The position numbers and the translations under genes were made by a program. A stretch of 62,935 nt of DNA, the filler included, from Kipferlia bialata (lineage: Eukaryota), in NCBI GenBank assembly GCA_003568945.1. It is 5 parts of 5 records of this genome, joined end to end, with 100 filler letters (N's around TTAATTAATTAA, not from the genome) between each part and the next. Parts side by side here need not be neighbours in the genome. Positions count along the whole stretch, not along the records: positions 32,680 to 48,914 come from BDIP01000623.1; positions 49,015 to 57,599 come from BDIP01000647.1; 3 more parts are not named here. One strand, given 5' to 3'. This document shows, in pieces, positions 38,700 through 51,660 of the stretch (position 1 is the stretch's first letter; each line of letters begins with the position of its first letter). Below the pieces are notes generated by a model. The model made no database searches. It was not told where the DNA came from and worked only from the letters and a program-made list of their open reading frames with translations.

Positions 38700-38768
38700 G
38701 GGAAACCCAGGAATCGAACCCGGGTCTCGTGAATCACAAGTCGTGAATACGAATCACGACTCTTACCA
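38700..38768 (-). pseudogene. Truncated, rearranged tandem copy of the adjacent tRNA
   Basis: The minus strand reads TGGTAAGAGTCGTGATTCGTATTCACGACTTGTGATTCACGAGACCCGGGTTCGATTCCTGGGTTTCCC. It has an intact T-arm and a duplicated anticodon arm, but no 5' acceptor strand. Confidence 0.65.
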
Positions 38769-38776
38769 GAAGAAAT

Positions 38777-38847
38777 GGGAGGTACCGGGAATCGAACCCA
38801 GGTCTCGTGAATCCGAATCACGAATCTTACCACTGGACTATACCTCC
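38777..38847 (-). tRNA. tRNA-Pro (anticodon CGG)
   Basis: GGAGGTA TA GTCCAGTGGTAAGAT T CGTGA TTCGGAT TCACG AGAC CTGGG TTCGATT CCCGG TACCTCC C. Perfect 7-bp acceptor stem, 5-bp anticodon stem, TTCGA T-loop and the C73 discriminator of eukaryotic tRNA-Pro. Confidence 0.88.
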
Positions 38848-39173
38848 TGTTTTCCGGGCCATATTGAGACAGATTAAGACGAGAATTCTATTACTGTCAT
38901 CTAACCCAAACAATGAGAGGCCTAGCTCTATACCGCGCCACAATACCTCCACTTGACGTGCCTATTTCAGCACTAATTGAAACAACGGGTCTATTCAATA
39001 CTGACCAATATCCCCAAGAAGCGCAATCGCATATCACAATCTGGTCAACTCAGAGACAGACATACAGACGTAGTTGAGGAAATGGCTTTGCGTTAACCAC
39101 AAGTTGTGACTCAGACTGAAACTATCAATGAGTCATTGAATGACTTGTCGACATTAGTAATTATCAGATCTAT

Positions 39174-42100
39174 TCATACATCCACAGAGGTCCTGTCCCG
39201 TTGCGTGTCAAGCTGTCTGCGCAAGTCTAGCACCAAATCCCTCATGGCCAGTACCTCCCTCTCCCTCTCCCTGCCAAGCACTCTCTCTCTCTCTGTGGCC
39301 GAGAGTGGCCGTGTGGCGTCGGGTCCCACCCCCCCCTGCCACACCAGACCCTCAATCTCCTCTCGCTGCGCATCCACCAGAGCCATCAGACGCTCGGCCT
39401 CGACCGCAGCCACCACAAGCACGTTGTCTAAGGGTGAGACCACTGGACAATTCGGCGGTTATACACAAATGAACTCATGATGATCTAAGTATGGAGGGTC
39501 AAAGAGTATACCTTGATATTGTATTATCAGTAGTGTATGTCACGTTTGGATTTTTGCCATACATAAGAACCATGTCCACCCACCCTTGTCGTTGGCCACC
39601 TCCTGCAGCCTCTGGTCCAACTCCCGCACCCTCTGACACACCCTCTCGTGCACAACCCCCCCAACCATAGGCACCCCGTCCCCAGACTCCAGGGTGACAC
39701 CCGATGCCTGGGGGCCTCTGCCGTGGGGTCTCTGGCTACCGCCACCCACATTGACACCATTCAGATGGGACTCCGAGGCCCGAACTGCATCCTGAAGCTG
39801 GGCCAAACGCACCCTACCATAAGAATGACTCATTTGACATATGAATACTGACAAACAGTGAAATTCATTGTATAGGAGTGATTATGTGCCCATCCAACAC
39901 TATCATCTAGCACATGAAACCACTGAGCATAGCATCCCACATACCTCATCTCCTGTATGAGTTCGTCGTCATGCCTTGTCTTGGATGCAACCTGGGTATG
40001 AGACAGAAATTGCTGGAGTCACAACATAGGAATAGTACAGAGTGTGTCACTGCACAACACTTATATCAGTCTCTTCGAGAGTGGTGGGACAGTGATTGCA
40101 TGTCACCTTCTTGCGTCCCTCTGTATCATATGTACCACCCTATTCAACACTATACTATTATGCTCAATCTATGCAATACATACCTTCTTAAGATTTGTGC
40201 GCAGCTGCCTATTGTCGGTCTCCAGAATGCGGACCCGGGAGGACAATGCCTTGCCCCTAGACACTGCCTCTGAACATAGGGCCTCCTGGAGATCAGTGGG
40301 TCAGTATCACAATCAGGGTATCCATATACCAGCAACAACAATCATAGTCATTCAAAGAGATGTCCCTGAAGAGATATCCTCTACCCACCTGCTCCTCTAG
40401 AGCACGCTCAGCGGTCTCGACCCTGAAGGTGAAACACTCGTAAGAATACGTGAAAAGACAATGAGACATCAAGACAACCCCCTAACCTCTTCTTGTTGAC
40501 CTCTGACACGTGTGACATATGGAGGCGCTCTCTCTCCGCCACCCTCTCTCTCTCCCTCCCCCTATCTGAGCCCGTGTCGTCTGCGTACCCCCTCTGTGTA
40601 AGCCCAGTGGGATGGGGACTGTCACCGGAGAGCGTCTGGATGTGATGCCGGGCCTTGGCCAGCCTCGACTGCAGCAGCACTATCTGCTCCGCCCTGCCCT
40701 TCCAGCCATCCCCTGGAGTCGGTATCAGTATCAGTATCAGCATCAGTATCATATATGCGTCAGGCACCACTGGACACACCCAGGCAGAGTAACGGTGAAT
40801 AATACAAAGAAGAAACACTTGAATCTGGAGTATATCCAAAACACTCCACGTAAATATATACATCTGTGTCCCATACCCATGTCTGTGTCCCCGACCTCCC
40901 TAGCCAGCAACCCCTTCAGTCTGACAGTCAAAGGAGGGGGGGGGGGTAATGCAAGGATGCTGGAACACATGGGTTACCGAGCGAACAAACAAATCATAAT
41001 GTATATATACCAGTCCCATCGAGTGGACACACAATGCCCAACCTCGCAACCTCTGCCTTGAGCGAGTTGTTCTGCACTGTCAACTGACCAGACCTCTCGG
41101 TCAGAGACCCAACCTTGGCCTGATGTTATACTATATACATTGGAATATACTACTAAGTATATGCAGAATAGCAACTCTTGACCAATACATCTGTATCCAC
41201 TATACTATATGTTTAGGTATACAATAATCCACCCACACCTTGAGCGCCCGTGCCTCTTCGGTCAGCTGGTGATGCTGCTCGCCCCCCCCTGCCTGGTACT
41301 GCTGTCCAACGGCATCCTGCCATCAGTCTCAGTCTCAGTCTCAGTCTCAGTCTCAGTATCAGTATCAGTATCAAAGGGAGAAGGCGGCATTCCACTACAT
41401 GTATACGCAACATCACACCAGATACCACATCAGATCACACATCACACCACACCTGCAGGTCCAGCACCTCCTGGCGCATGTCGGCACACATCTCTGGAGT
41501 ATCAGTGTTACTCATTGAGTCAGTCAGCATATGGGGCAAAGATGAGTAGGAAGAGCAACCCCAACTGTCCCTAAAACATCACACTTGATCCATGCACCAA
41601 TTGAAATGGATGCCATAGGCTGGGGGATAGAGACAGTGTGATACTTATCACGTCGAGTAGTATATATCACAAATCTATACACATTGGTACTACTGTGACG
41701 CACTTCGCTCCTGTCCGACCTCTCTAGTCAGCTTTCTGTTCTGCTTGGCCAGATCCAGAATGCGTCTCGCTCGCACATCGTCCTGGAATCAATGAACATA
41801 CAATCAATGTACATACAATCAATGTACATACAATCAATAAACATACAATCAATGTACATACAAAGACCTAACTCAAAAGTGTATATCCCATTCAGTCTGG
41901 CACTATTCCAGCACTATATTCAATCACACCGTCACCAAGCACATGCAACCCTACCTTATCGAGATTCTCAGGGTCAGGGTCCACCAATCGGAGCCTGGAA
42001 TGGGACAGGAAGGATATTCGCCGACTATAAATGTGTCGAAAGTGTGGATGGTGTAGATTGTAGTGTGTTCAACTACCGGTCAACACACACACCCATAGAT

Positions 42101-42390
42101 ACAGTGTGTAAGAATGAATGCTCATATATCTAGCCCACCTCTGTTCTGCCTGTCTCAGTCGGGTGAAGAGACTCTGGTTGTCGGACTGTAGCTCCCGGAT
42201 CCTGGGTCAGATGGAGAGAAATATGCCCTGGAAATGTATCATATAACAATACTAATATGATAAATATATATCTATACAGTAGTACTAGAGCACTGCAAGA
42301 GGATCAACTTGAGAATAGAGCATCTCTCCTAGAAATTGGTGATACATAATGTATGGCCCATCTACCACCGTACCCCTACAGCATCTTGAC

Positions 42391-42427
<37 letters not shown>

Positions 42428-42483
42428 CTAGCCATATAGTCTGTGTCTGAGCCTTCCAGCGACATCCCACTGTGACTAGCCAT
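39174..42483 (-). CDS. CCDC13: Coiled-coil protein, CCDC13-like (centriolar satellite/cilia-associated)
   Basis: Spliced segments RRILDLAKQNRKL, LKGLLAREVG, GWKGRAEQIVLLQSRL and KTRHDDELIQEM resemble conserved CCDC13 blocks as I recall them (WRGRAQQI, HDDELI). It ends ...DRTSVDV* at 39174. The start MASHSGMS at 42483 is tentative. Confidence 0.65.
41325..41372. repeat. (TCAGTC/TCAGTA)n hexamer microsatellite, intronic
   Basis: Directly visible; it lies just upstream of a minus-strand acceptor. Confidence 0.85.
41787..41843. repeat. 15-bp tandem repeat (aatcaatgtacatac), about 4 copies, at an intron 3' end
   Basis: Directly visible in the sequence. Confidence 0.85.
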
Positions 42484-42990
42484 CCCAGGCGTGGAACAGG
42501 AAGGCGCAGGGTGGAGAGAGGGAGCAGTGACACAGGCACAGGGGTAACTGTCTGCTGATATGTATATACAGTGTCCCCCCGGGCACTCAAGACTCTTGAG
42601 TCAAGGGTGAAGAGGTCCCGTAGCGACTATGTACACAGAGACTCACTTCTGGACCAGCAGCCAGCGTCCCAGCCTGGGGTGAGAGGGGAAGAAACATATA
42701 GTGAAATCGGTACCGGTACCATATGTATATACCCTCCAGCTTGAGAGGCAAGCTGAAGCATAGTCCACCACATCCCAACCCCGAACACGATGATACCTTG
42801 TGGTATGATACCCTGTGGTGGACCGTGATCTGCGGCTGGACAAGTGAAGAGTACGCCTTATAGTAGTTGACTGGACACTCCACCCTCAGGTTCATTTTTC
42901 TCTATTTTCCCTTTGTCGCAGCCTGGTCTTTCTTTATACTGTGTCACCGTATTGCACACAGTATTATAATACTCCTGAAGGTCAGTGCAG

Positions 42991-45900
42991 ATGCCTCGCG
43001 TGCACCCTAACCCCCCTCATTGGGGGAGAAGGGGTGTACTGGCACATACTGTGTCCTCTCCAAGGGCTAACCGAATCCGACCTTCACCCGACAAGAGATC
43101 CCCAGCACACCCCCGCCCAACGCACACCCCCAGCGCAGCGTTCACCCTACCCAATCTTCGGATCCCAGTTCACGCTCCAGTGACCCCCCATCAGGTGATG
43201 TTGCATCTCGTTGTTGTGTATCCCATCTGGATTAGCTCTCACCTTCAGGCACGTCTACTGACCCTTCAACACTCCAGGCGCCAATACTCCCCTCGGGCCT
43301 ACACAGGGTCCCCCAGGACACAGCGGGATTCTCCAGCCACGGTGCGGGAGTCTGTGCGCAGTGTGGGAGCAAGTCCCCGTGCCAATGCCACAGGCAATGC
43401 CAGGGTGTCTGTTAGGGTCTCCCCCCACATGGGGTCTGGCACCTACGGAGCAGGTAGGGGTGGCCATGCATCGCATGTACACTCTCCCAGGCCAGGGTCC
43501 CTCTTCAGAGGCGCAGGGCCGCACTCCCGTCAGTCGGACACCAGCCAGCGTATACCAGTATACATGCCGGCATATGCCGACCGAGACATCAACCAGGCTG
43601 ACATGGCGGAGGCGCAGATGGAAGGGGGATACCTTGCCACGGCGTATGCTCTCCTTCAGACCAAGCCCGAGGATGATAGGTATTGGTTCATATGGTAGAT
43701 CTAGTATTCTGATATATGAACCTTTGCATGATTGGTGTCCGTTACTATGGCCTCATCCCAGGCTGAGTGTCAGCCCGGTTGCTCAGAGAGATCCCCACTC
43801 CTTGAAGGGGGAGGGGGAGGGAGGGAGATGCATTGGAGGTACAGGGGAGGGTCTGAGTAGATCTAGTGAGGGTGGATCACTCAGTGATGCTGGACACGTC
43901 AATGAGATGGCTGTGGTTGAGGAAGGGTTGGAGCAACACTCTCACCTGGAATCAGCAGGACCAGCCTCCGACGGCCCCCCCTCCACCCCCAACCACCCTC
44001 CTCGCCAGTCACCAGGGGTGCACCCTGATGTGATTGGGAGGGGGTCTCTGGAAGACCTGCTTGGGGAGCCAGGCGACCAGGAGTACATGAGCCCCAACCT
44101 CGGTCACCCACAGGCAGACAGAGACAGAGAGCGTCACAGGGAAATGAGGGAGAGACACCGCGGGTGAGCAGCTGTATCAGTATCAGCGTCAGCCTGGTAC
44201 CACATGCTCTCTTTGTGTCTTCTCCTCTACGGCCCGTAGGCTACGGGTGACTCATCCCACCTAGTACCTAATACCTAATCATCTAATCCCAGGCGTATTG
44301 ACCCCACGGTACCCCCTCTCTCCCCCTTTCCCCTCAGAGACAGTGCCAAGGTGTGTCTGTGTACCTGTGTTGAGATATGACACCTTCTCTGAGCAACCCT
44401 ATCCATCCTCTGTGTCATTGAGTGAAGTGTACAAATGTCTTTGGTACTTGTTTTTTATTACCACAGTTTGCCCCCCGTCATGGGAACGCAGACGGTCTCA
44501 GTCCCACTCGGTCGTTCAGTCACCTGAGGGCCCCTGGGGGTATGTGTATTCGTGTACAGATCATTCTTTATATGAATGCTGTATCTGAGGAGGCTGTGGT
44601 TCCTCTGTCGCTGCCTCTGCATCTGCATCGGCCTCTGCCTCTGACCGTCAGACATCGACCCCCACGACACCCGTCTGCCCTTTGACACAGGTCTTGGGTC
44701 AGAGACAGAGAGAGAGAGAGAGACCCCTCGGGAGGGGGAGAGGCAGAGGGGTAGGCAGGCCAGCGACCCAGCTGCCAGGTACTACAATGCCAGGGAGACC
44801 AACCCGCAACTGCTAGAGGTGCCTGGGTTAGGAGGGTCTGTGGTGGGAGGAGGTGTAGGGGACCCCACGTGTGGGGGCCTCTTGCCCACCCCTCCTCCCT
44901 TCCGGATACAAGGAGAGAACCCGTTTGCAAGGTAAGAGCTGAGTATTCCTGGTATGTGTTCTTTATATTGTTGGGAGGTATTTTGTTGCTTGTCCTCTAT
45001 TGTATCATACTGTGTTCCAATACCGAGGGTACTTAACATCATATTCACTGCATGGATGAATAGTGTACACGTATTGTCTCTATGTAGTGACTGTGTGGTG
45101 TATATGACCCTGACCCTAGCCCCCTTGATGCCGACTCCGTTGCCTCTCCCTCTCTGGCTGGGGTGCCCGTGCCCACGTCTCTCATAGACTCTGTCCCCAA
45201 GGAGCTCACAGACGGGGTGCGTACTTGGCCACCTATACACATATATATATGTATGTATGTACTTGTATTGCTGCAAGTGTCGTGTGTATGAGAATTATCA
45301 CATATGCCCGTAGCAGTGTCCCTCCCCCGACCCAGATATATCCTCATACCTTCATACCCTCACGTCCTCGTGGCCTCATGGCCTCATGTCAGGTCATGTC
45401 CCACAGGCATGGCAGGCATGGCCATCCACCAGGGACCAGAGGGACCAGAGGGGGCAGGGCTGTGGTGCGGGGCCGACCTGGGACGGACGCCTCCGGGGTG
45501 CATGTTGTGAGTGGCAGTGCCAACCGGAGCAGAGTCAACAGCCGAGGGGGGCCTAGGTCTAAGGCCAGGGGGAGAGAGAGAGACATGGAGTGGAGGGGGC
45601 ACCCGGCAGGGGACAGGCAGGATATTGGAGACATGGTGAGATGGGTGCCGCCCCAGGGGCACACATCCGCTAGTGCTTCAAGGCCTAGTAGTACCCACAT
45701 GGCTAGCAGGCACTCTGGCCAGGTGGAGTTGAGTGCACGTGTCCCCACCATTCCAGAAGTGCCGGAAGAGGCAGATCAGGATGCGCATCCCCACTACTTG
45801 GACTCCAGTGTCTCTCCTGTACAGTCCCAGGTATATTCATGTACATATAGAAGTATATATATTCATTTGTGTATTGTGTGTTAGCAACTTGATATGAGCC

Positions 45901-46695
45901 GAGTGTAGGGTATATAACTATACAGTATCGTTGGCTTGTGACCAGACCATAGTCAGTCTCTCTTTCTCATTTCTTTTGAATAGCAGGCATTCTAACCCCC
46001 AGGCCAAGCTATACCATTCCTCGCCCTCGGCCACCGGAAGAGACAGGGTGTGTCAGTCACCCATAACTCATCGTGTCTATCTGCTCATTGTCATATTGAG
46101 TGTGTTGTGTCAGATAGCAGTGTGGTTATGTCTCTCATCACAGGTGCCCAGGTCCCTGTCTCCTGCTGCTTCAGGCCACAATGCCAGGTACAGCCTCAGT
46201 ATAGACAAGTATATACAAGTATATATATATACATGGGTATATGTATACGTGCAGGGGGCTGCTTCCAGTGGCTATCTTGGCATGTCTCCCTGTCTGTCAA
46301 GTGCGAGGCTCTGACACTATCTAACACAGGTTCAGGGTAGAGGTGGTTGGTAGCCGGTATGTTACCAGGCCACTCAAGAGAACCCAGGGCTCCGATGGGG
46401 TTGGGGCCAGCCCTTCTAGGTATGTATGTATACTGGCACTGTGCATGAAGGATAGCAAGTGGCATGACACAGGAGTATGAGTCTGCCTTACCTTAGGAAG
46501 AGGGCTGAGGAACGGCAGCGGCAGGTGTCTGCGGCACAGTCCGGAGAGGGCAGGGGGCACACCTTCCAGGGGCAGTACCACCGGAGAGAGGTCGCCACGC
46601 ACATCCAGTCGCCGTTTGCCCCGGACTATAGGTATCACATGGTCCTTAGTTCTTGGATATATACTACTGGTGTACTTGTATTCTCATTTGATTAA
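42991..46695 (+). CDS. Uncharacterised, largely disordered Pro/Arg/Ser-rich protein (multi-exon)
   Basis: Plus-strand exons with canonical ends: MPRVHPNPPHW...PHQ, ARLLTLQHSRRQYSP..., LSVSPVAQRDP..., VMSHRHGRHG..., SLPYLRKRAEERQRQ.... No recognisable domain, and the 3' end is uncertain. Confidence 0.5.
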
Positions 46696-48185
46696 TACAT
46701 TTGACTACACATAGTTTGTATGCTTCTCGGCTATACTATTCAATCGCAATCGTTTGCGCGAGGTTTGGGCATGATACAGGTGAATTGTGACTTTGAGGTG
46801 ATTGAATGAGTCAGACAATTCACTCTACAACATAGTACTAGAGAGTCAGTGGATACGTGTAGCGATATATCTCACCCAGTGCATGGAAGAACAGAAAGGC
46901 CTTCATGCCGCCTCGAAAGTACCCAAGACAAGCCCTAGCATACAGGGAGCCCTATTGATGTGTATAGACGTCAGTGACAGTGTCACCTGTAATAGATTTG
47001 TTGACCTTGACCAAGCGTATGTCGGTACCAACCCATACGAATGGACCAATCCTTTGTGCATATCCAAGTGTTCAGTTCAGGTGTCTTGAACTGCTACTGA
47101 TACTGTTACATACGTCACCACTGACTGTCTCACCAGTGGTGAGTGACTCAGTGAGTCATACAAGACAAGAGTCATTCGTTTCATTCGCACCATTCGCTTC
47201 AGAATGGTGATCCAGTCACGTAGTTCTAGTTGCTATAGAAATACTATGGATCAGTGACACTGTGTAACTTACATAATGTACCCCTAATAGGGGTTCCCTA
47301 TAATATAGGGTTCCTAAGCTTACCTATATATTGATTTGCGCAACATGATAATTATACTTCCCAATTGAATGTTACGATTCGTAATACGAATCGTAGTTTA
47401 AGAATGACAAGGCGAAGCGAGTGAATCGAGTCACGGGCGAATTGGAGGAGAATGAATCGTGCGAGCACTGATTGGATTGGGAACTTGCCATATATAGTCA
47501 CGAGTCGTGACTCACGACTGAATCAGCGGCACCGAATGCTGTCTCTCTGCTTTTGTTTGTCAAACAATGGCACCCAGGCAGTCAGACGGTGTCCCACAAT
47601 ATGCAAGACTTTGCAACCAAACACTATCCGCTATCATGTACTCTGGGGTCTTGTAAGTGGGGGTCCAACCGGACACACGAACAGGGTCTGTCTCTCAGGG
47701 ACAGACTGTCTCTGTAGTAGTCTGAGTCTCAGGGTCTGAACGTGGTCGTTACTGACATTGATGGCCAAGCGCTGCGTCCCTTGCCCCTAGGGACATTCTG
47801 CTCAGTCATAGGACAGGACCTGTCACGGGTATGTACACAGGCCGTGTAGATACATGTCCCCCGTGTAACACGGCATAACATATGCCTACACTACGGGTAT
47901 CTTCAGATTCGTGTTCAATAATCGGACCAAGATTCCGACGATGAACACATCCTCAAGAGACCTCAAGAGAGACACTTGCTTGAGTCACCGAACGACGGAG
48001 ACATTGGCAGAAGGTCATGATTGAGGCTCACTAAACTCTCTGGCGACTATATGTGAATAACTCTATTCCACATTATACTTCGGGGAAGTCACTTCGCGGC
48101 TCTCAGCGAGTGAGTATTCGACTCTTCTATTGGGATTGACTCACAATAATACGCCAGCTGGATAAGAGCACACTCCCGCATACTA

Positions 48186-48723
48186 TCAGTCTCCCCTGAG
48201 GATCTGCACAAACTCAGGCTTGAACTCCTTGATGGTATCAGCATATGGAGAGTTGGAACTAAGCCTGGGATAAGCACTGTTACACACTGTTACAAATACA
48301 AAGCATGGCATGACTAACCTTGACAGGACCTCCATGAGCCTTGCCCTCATGCCCGTCTGTCGGTCTGCCCCCCCCTCGGCACCGGCAGAGTCTCTCATGA
48401 CCCTCTCTGTCAGCTGCACCCGCCTATAGGTCACGGGGGTCGTGTCTGCATCTGACGTCAGCGGGCCAGTATCAGTATCAGTATAGGGGAAGCTGGACTG
48501 AATGATGTATCTCCTTACCTAACCGAGACATGGGCGACTTGTATCCCTCGGCCAACTGGCAGCACTCTGCTATCATCGACGCCGCGTCTGCGAATGCGTG
48601 TGGGTTGGGGTAGGTGGGGCACTCATGCACATGCCCCAGCAGCGTGAGCATCCCCTTGGCCACCACCATCCGGGACACACTGTTGCCGAGGGTGTCATAG
48701 GCAGACACAAGGGCCGGGAACAG
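48186..48723 (-). CDS. 3' end of a hypothetical helical protein (5' part beyond the scaffold end)
   Basis: Exons LFPALVSAYDTLGNSVSRMVVAKGMLTLLG..., ...MRARLMEVLSR and LSSNSPYADTIKEFKPEFVQILRGD*. Confidence 0.5.
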
Positions 48724-48914
48724 CCTGGCAGTCAGGACTACCAGTATTGGATCTAATACATATAATACCTGGGACTATTGAGGACACTCACATTGTTACT
48801 GGGGGGAAGACATGGGTCTCGGGTATATCTGAAAGCACACCAGAAATGGTATTATATATATATATGTGTGTGGGGGGGGGGGGGGGGGGGGGTATTAGAA
48901 ACTTTTTCAGGGGG

Positions 48915-49014
48915 NNNNNNNNNNNNNNNNNNNNNNNNNNNNNNNNNNNNNNNNNNNNTTAATTAATTAANNNNNNNNNNNNNNNNNNNNNNNNNNNNNN
49001 NNNNNNNNNNNNNN
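48915..49014. other. Artificial scaffold linker
   Basis: N44-TTAATTAATTAA-N44. Confidence 0.97.
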
Positions 49015-49091
49015 GCGCCAGTTACAAACACCCCCCCCCCCCCCCCCCTCCCCTGCTTAGCGTATGCGTCACTGCCCCCCCCCCACCCCAG

Positions 49092-51660
49092 GTCCTGTCT
49101 GCCCACCCCTCCTCATTGATGGAGTATGACAGCAAGGCATCGGTGGTCAGACAGTCAGGTGGGTATATACTCACACATGTGTATTATGTCCATACTCCTG
49201 TTGTCTACCCTTCACCATTGTCCTAACCCCCTCAGGCTCTGCCAACAACTGGTGTTAGTAATATATTGAACATGAGTATAATGATATAGTTAGTACCCTT
49301 CTCTGACTCCCAGGCTCTGCCAACAACTGGGCCTATGGATTCTGCCACCACGGACCCAGTGTCATAGCAGATGTATTGGATAGGGTGCAGAGACAGGTTA
49401 GGATATGTGATCATTTAGTATACTATAATTGCATTGATATATATATGCTCTAATATTCGATAGTGTCATTGCAGATGAGCTAGACAGGTGCTGAGGCAGG
49501 GATGGATTTCTAGTATAAATGTATGTGCATATGCGTCATATCCTGACCCCAGGTCGAGGCCTGTGACTCTCTTGGCGGTATGGTGTCTCTGTCATCACTG
49601 GCCGGTGGTACAGGGAGTGGGCTAGGTATATACTATATTAGGATGGTATATAGATACTCCACACAGTACATCCTGTATGTATGTGTCACCGACTGACCCC
49701 AGGTGCCTACTGCTGTGCGGCTCTGTCTGACCAGTACCCCTCTGCACCCCTATTGGCACAGACAGTGCTGCCACACCCCTCAGAGGTCATGACGCAGGTG
49801 GGGAGGGATTAATAAATGTATACATTGATGATCTCTCTCTATATATATGTGTGTCATTATAATCTCACCCCCAGGACCATAATGCCGTCCTCTCCCTGGC
49901 TGCTCTGAGTCAGCATGTCACGGGAGTAGTGCTGTCCTCCAACCCACACGCAGCACACCTGTTCAGGTACAGTGTACTATACATATATATTTGGTTTGTG
50001 TATGGATGATGGCTTATGACCCTTACCCTCAGGTCCTCAGCTTCCAGTGCCGCCGATCGCATAGCACGTCCCTCTCTTAACGACCTCAACCAGGTATTGC
50101 CATTCATCTCTCTCTCTTACTCTCTCTATCTGTATGTCTCTCTCTGTATGTCTTATGCCTCAGGTTCTTGCCCACACCCTGTCCCTGTCCCTTCTGCCCC
50201 TGAGGCCTAACAGACCTGATCCAGTAGGTCTATACATGCATACATTCTAGCATATATGTGCGCATTCTTCACACTCACTGTCCTTCTCAGTGTCCTTTGC
50301 CTGTCCAACCTGCAGGCAAATACTATATATATGTATATATGTATATATTACATATGACTATATTATATATGTAATCACATAGTGTTAGTACTGCCTGTCC
50401 CACCCCCAGGCAGACTGGCCCGTGTCTATGCCCCCCCCTACCCCTATGCCACCCCCCTTGCCATACCCTACTACAGTGGCAGGGACAGAGACACACATGG
50501 ACAGGGGGGGCTGGGAGGGGGAATGGCCACGGCTACGTGGTACCACGTCACTAGGAAGGTATGTATATATGCCTGTCTATCTATGCGTGTTGCCATACTG
50601 TCTAGTCTCATACTAGGTTGGGGAGAGCCTTGCCAACTACCCCTACATGACCGTGCCCCCTAGACCTGGTGCCCCTACAGAGAGAGAGAGGGAGAGAGAC
50701 CCCTCGAAGAGTATGACATCGTCAAGGGTGGCAGTGCCCAGGTCAACGAGGGTCAAGGCTGCCTCACAGACAGTGCCCAAGGAGGTTCTGGTGCCCCAGG
50801 TATAGGTCTCTCTCTCTCTCTTAGTATATATGTATATATATATGTTGTGTCCAGTATAGCTCCTCCTTCTCTCACCCCCCAGACCTGCTATGCGGCAGAT
50901 GTGGCACTGAGGGGAGGGGACTGTGCTGAGGTATACATATGTATATATCCTATGTACCATATGATCACTATATAGGCAACCTCTCTCTTACACTCAGGTC
51001 TTGCACTGCATGGAGCAGCGTCTGGAGACAGAGTATGCCATGTGGGAGGAGGAGGAGGAGGAGGGAGAGGGTGAGTTTGGGGCAGACCTCGACACCTTCC
51101 CTGCCTCTAGGGCACCTCCTCGCACCCCTGCCCATGGGGGTAGGGGACACCCATCCACCCCCTACGCCACCCCCCGCCCTGCCACTGCCTGTACACCATA
51201 TCTCAGGGGCAAGGACAGTGCGAGGATAGGGGCAGAAGGTAGGACAGGGAGGGGCAGGGGTGGGGTCAGTGACAGCAGCATAGTGAAGAGTGCTGCTGTG
51301 CGTAGACACAGGGCACAGGCAGGGGGTATCCTCAGTGAGTGTGTGCTCTCCCACCCCCTCTTCCCCCTGGCCTGTGACTCAGGGGGTCTAGTGGTAGGGG
51401 GTGCCGATAACAGTGTGAGGGCAGGTGGGGGCCAGGAGAGAGAGAGGGTGCGGTGTGCTGGTATGCTAGTCAATGGGAGTGGTGTTGTGCAGGAGCTGTC
51501 TCCTTTGTGCGATAGGGTCGAGGCCAAGGTCAACTCCACGGCCTATCTCCATCACTACGAGGATGCGGGTGTCACCTTCAATGACTTCAAGGATGCCATA
51601 GCCGTGGTCAGACAGACAACAGCCAACTACAACGCCCTTGCTGCCCAGGCAGAGCTCTAA
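49092..51660 (+). CDS. TUBD1: Delta-tubulin (divergent), 5' truncated
   Basis: RQSGSANNWAYGFCHHGP, VEACDSLGG..SLAGGTGSGLG (tubulin signature), EVMTQDHNAVLSLAAL, and C-terminal MLVNG...AYLHHYEDAGVTFNDFKDA...NYNAL. The GSxNNWAxG..HGP pattern favours delta over zeta or epsilon. Confidence 0.8.
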
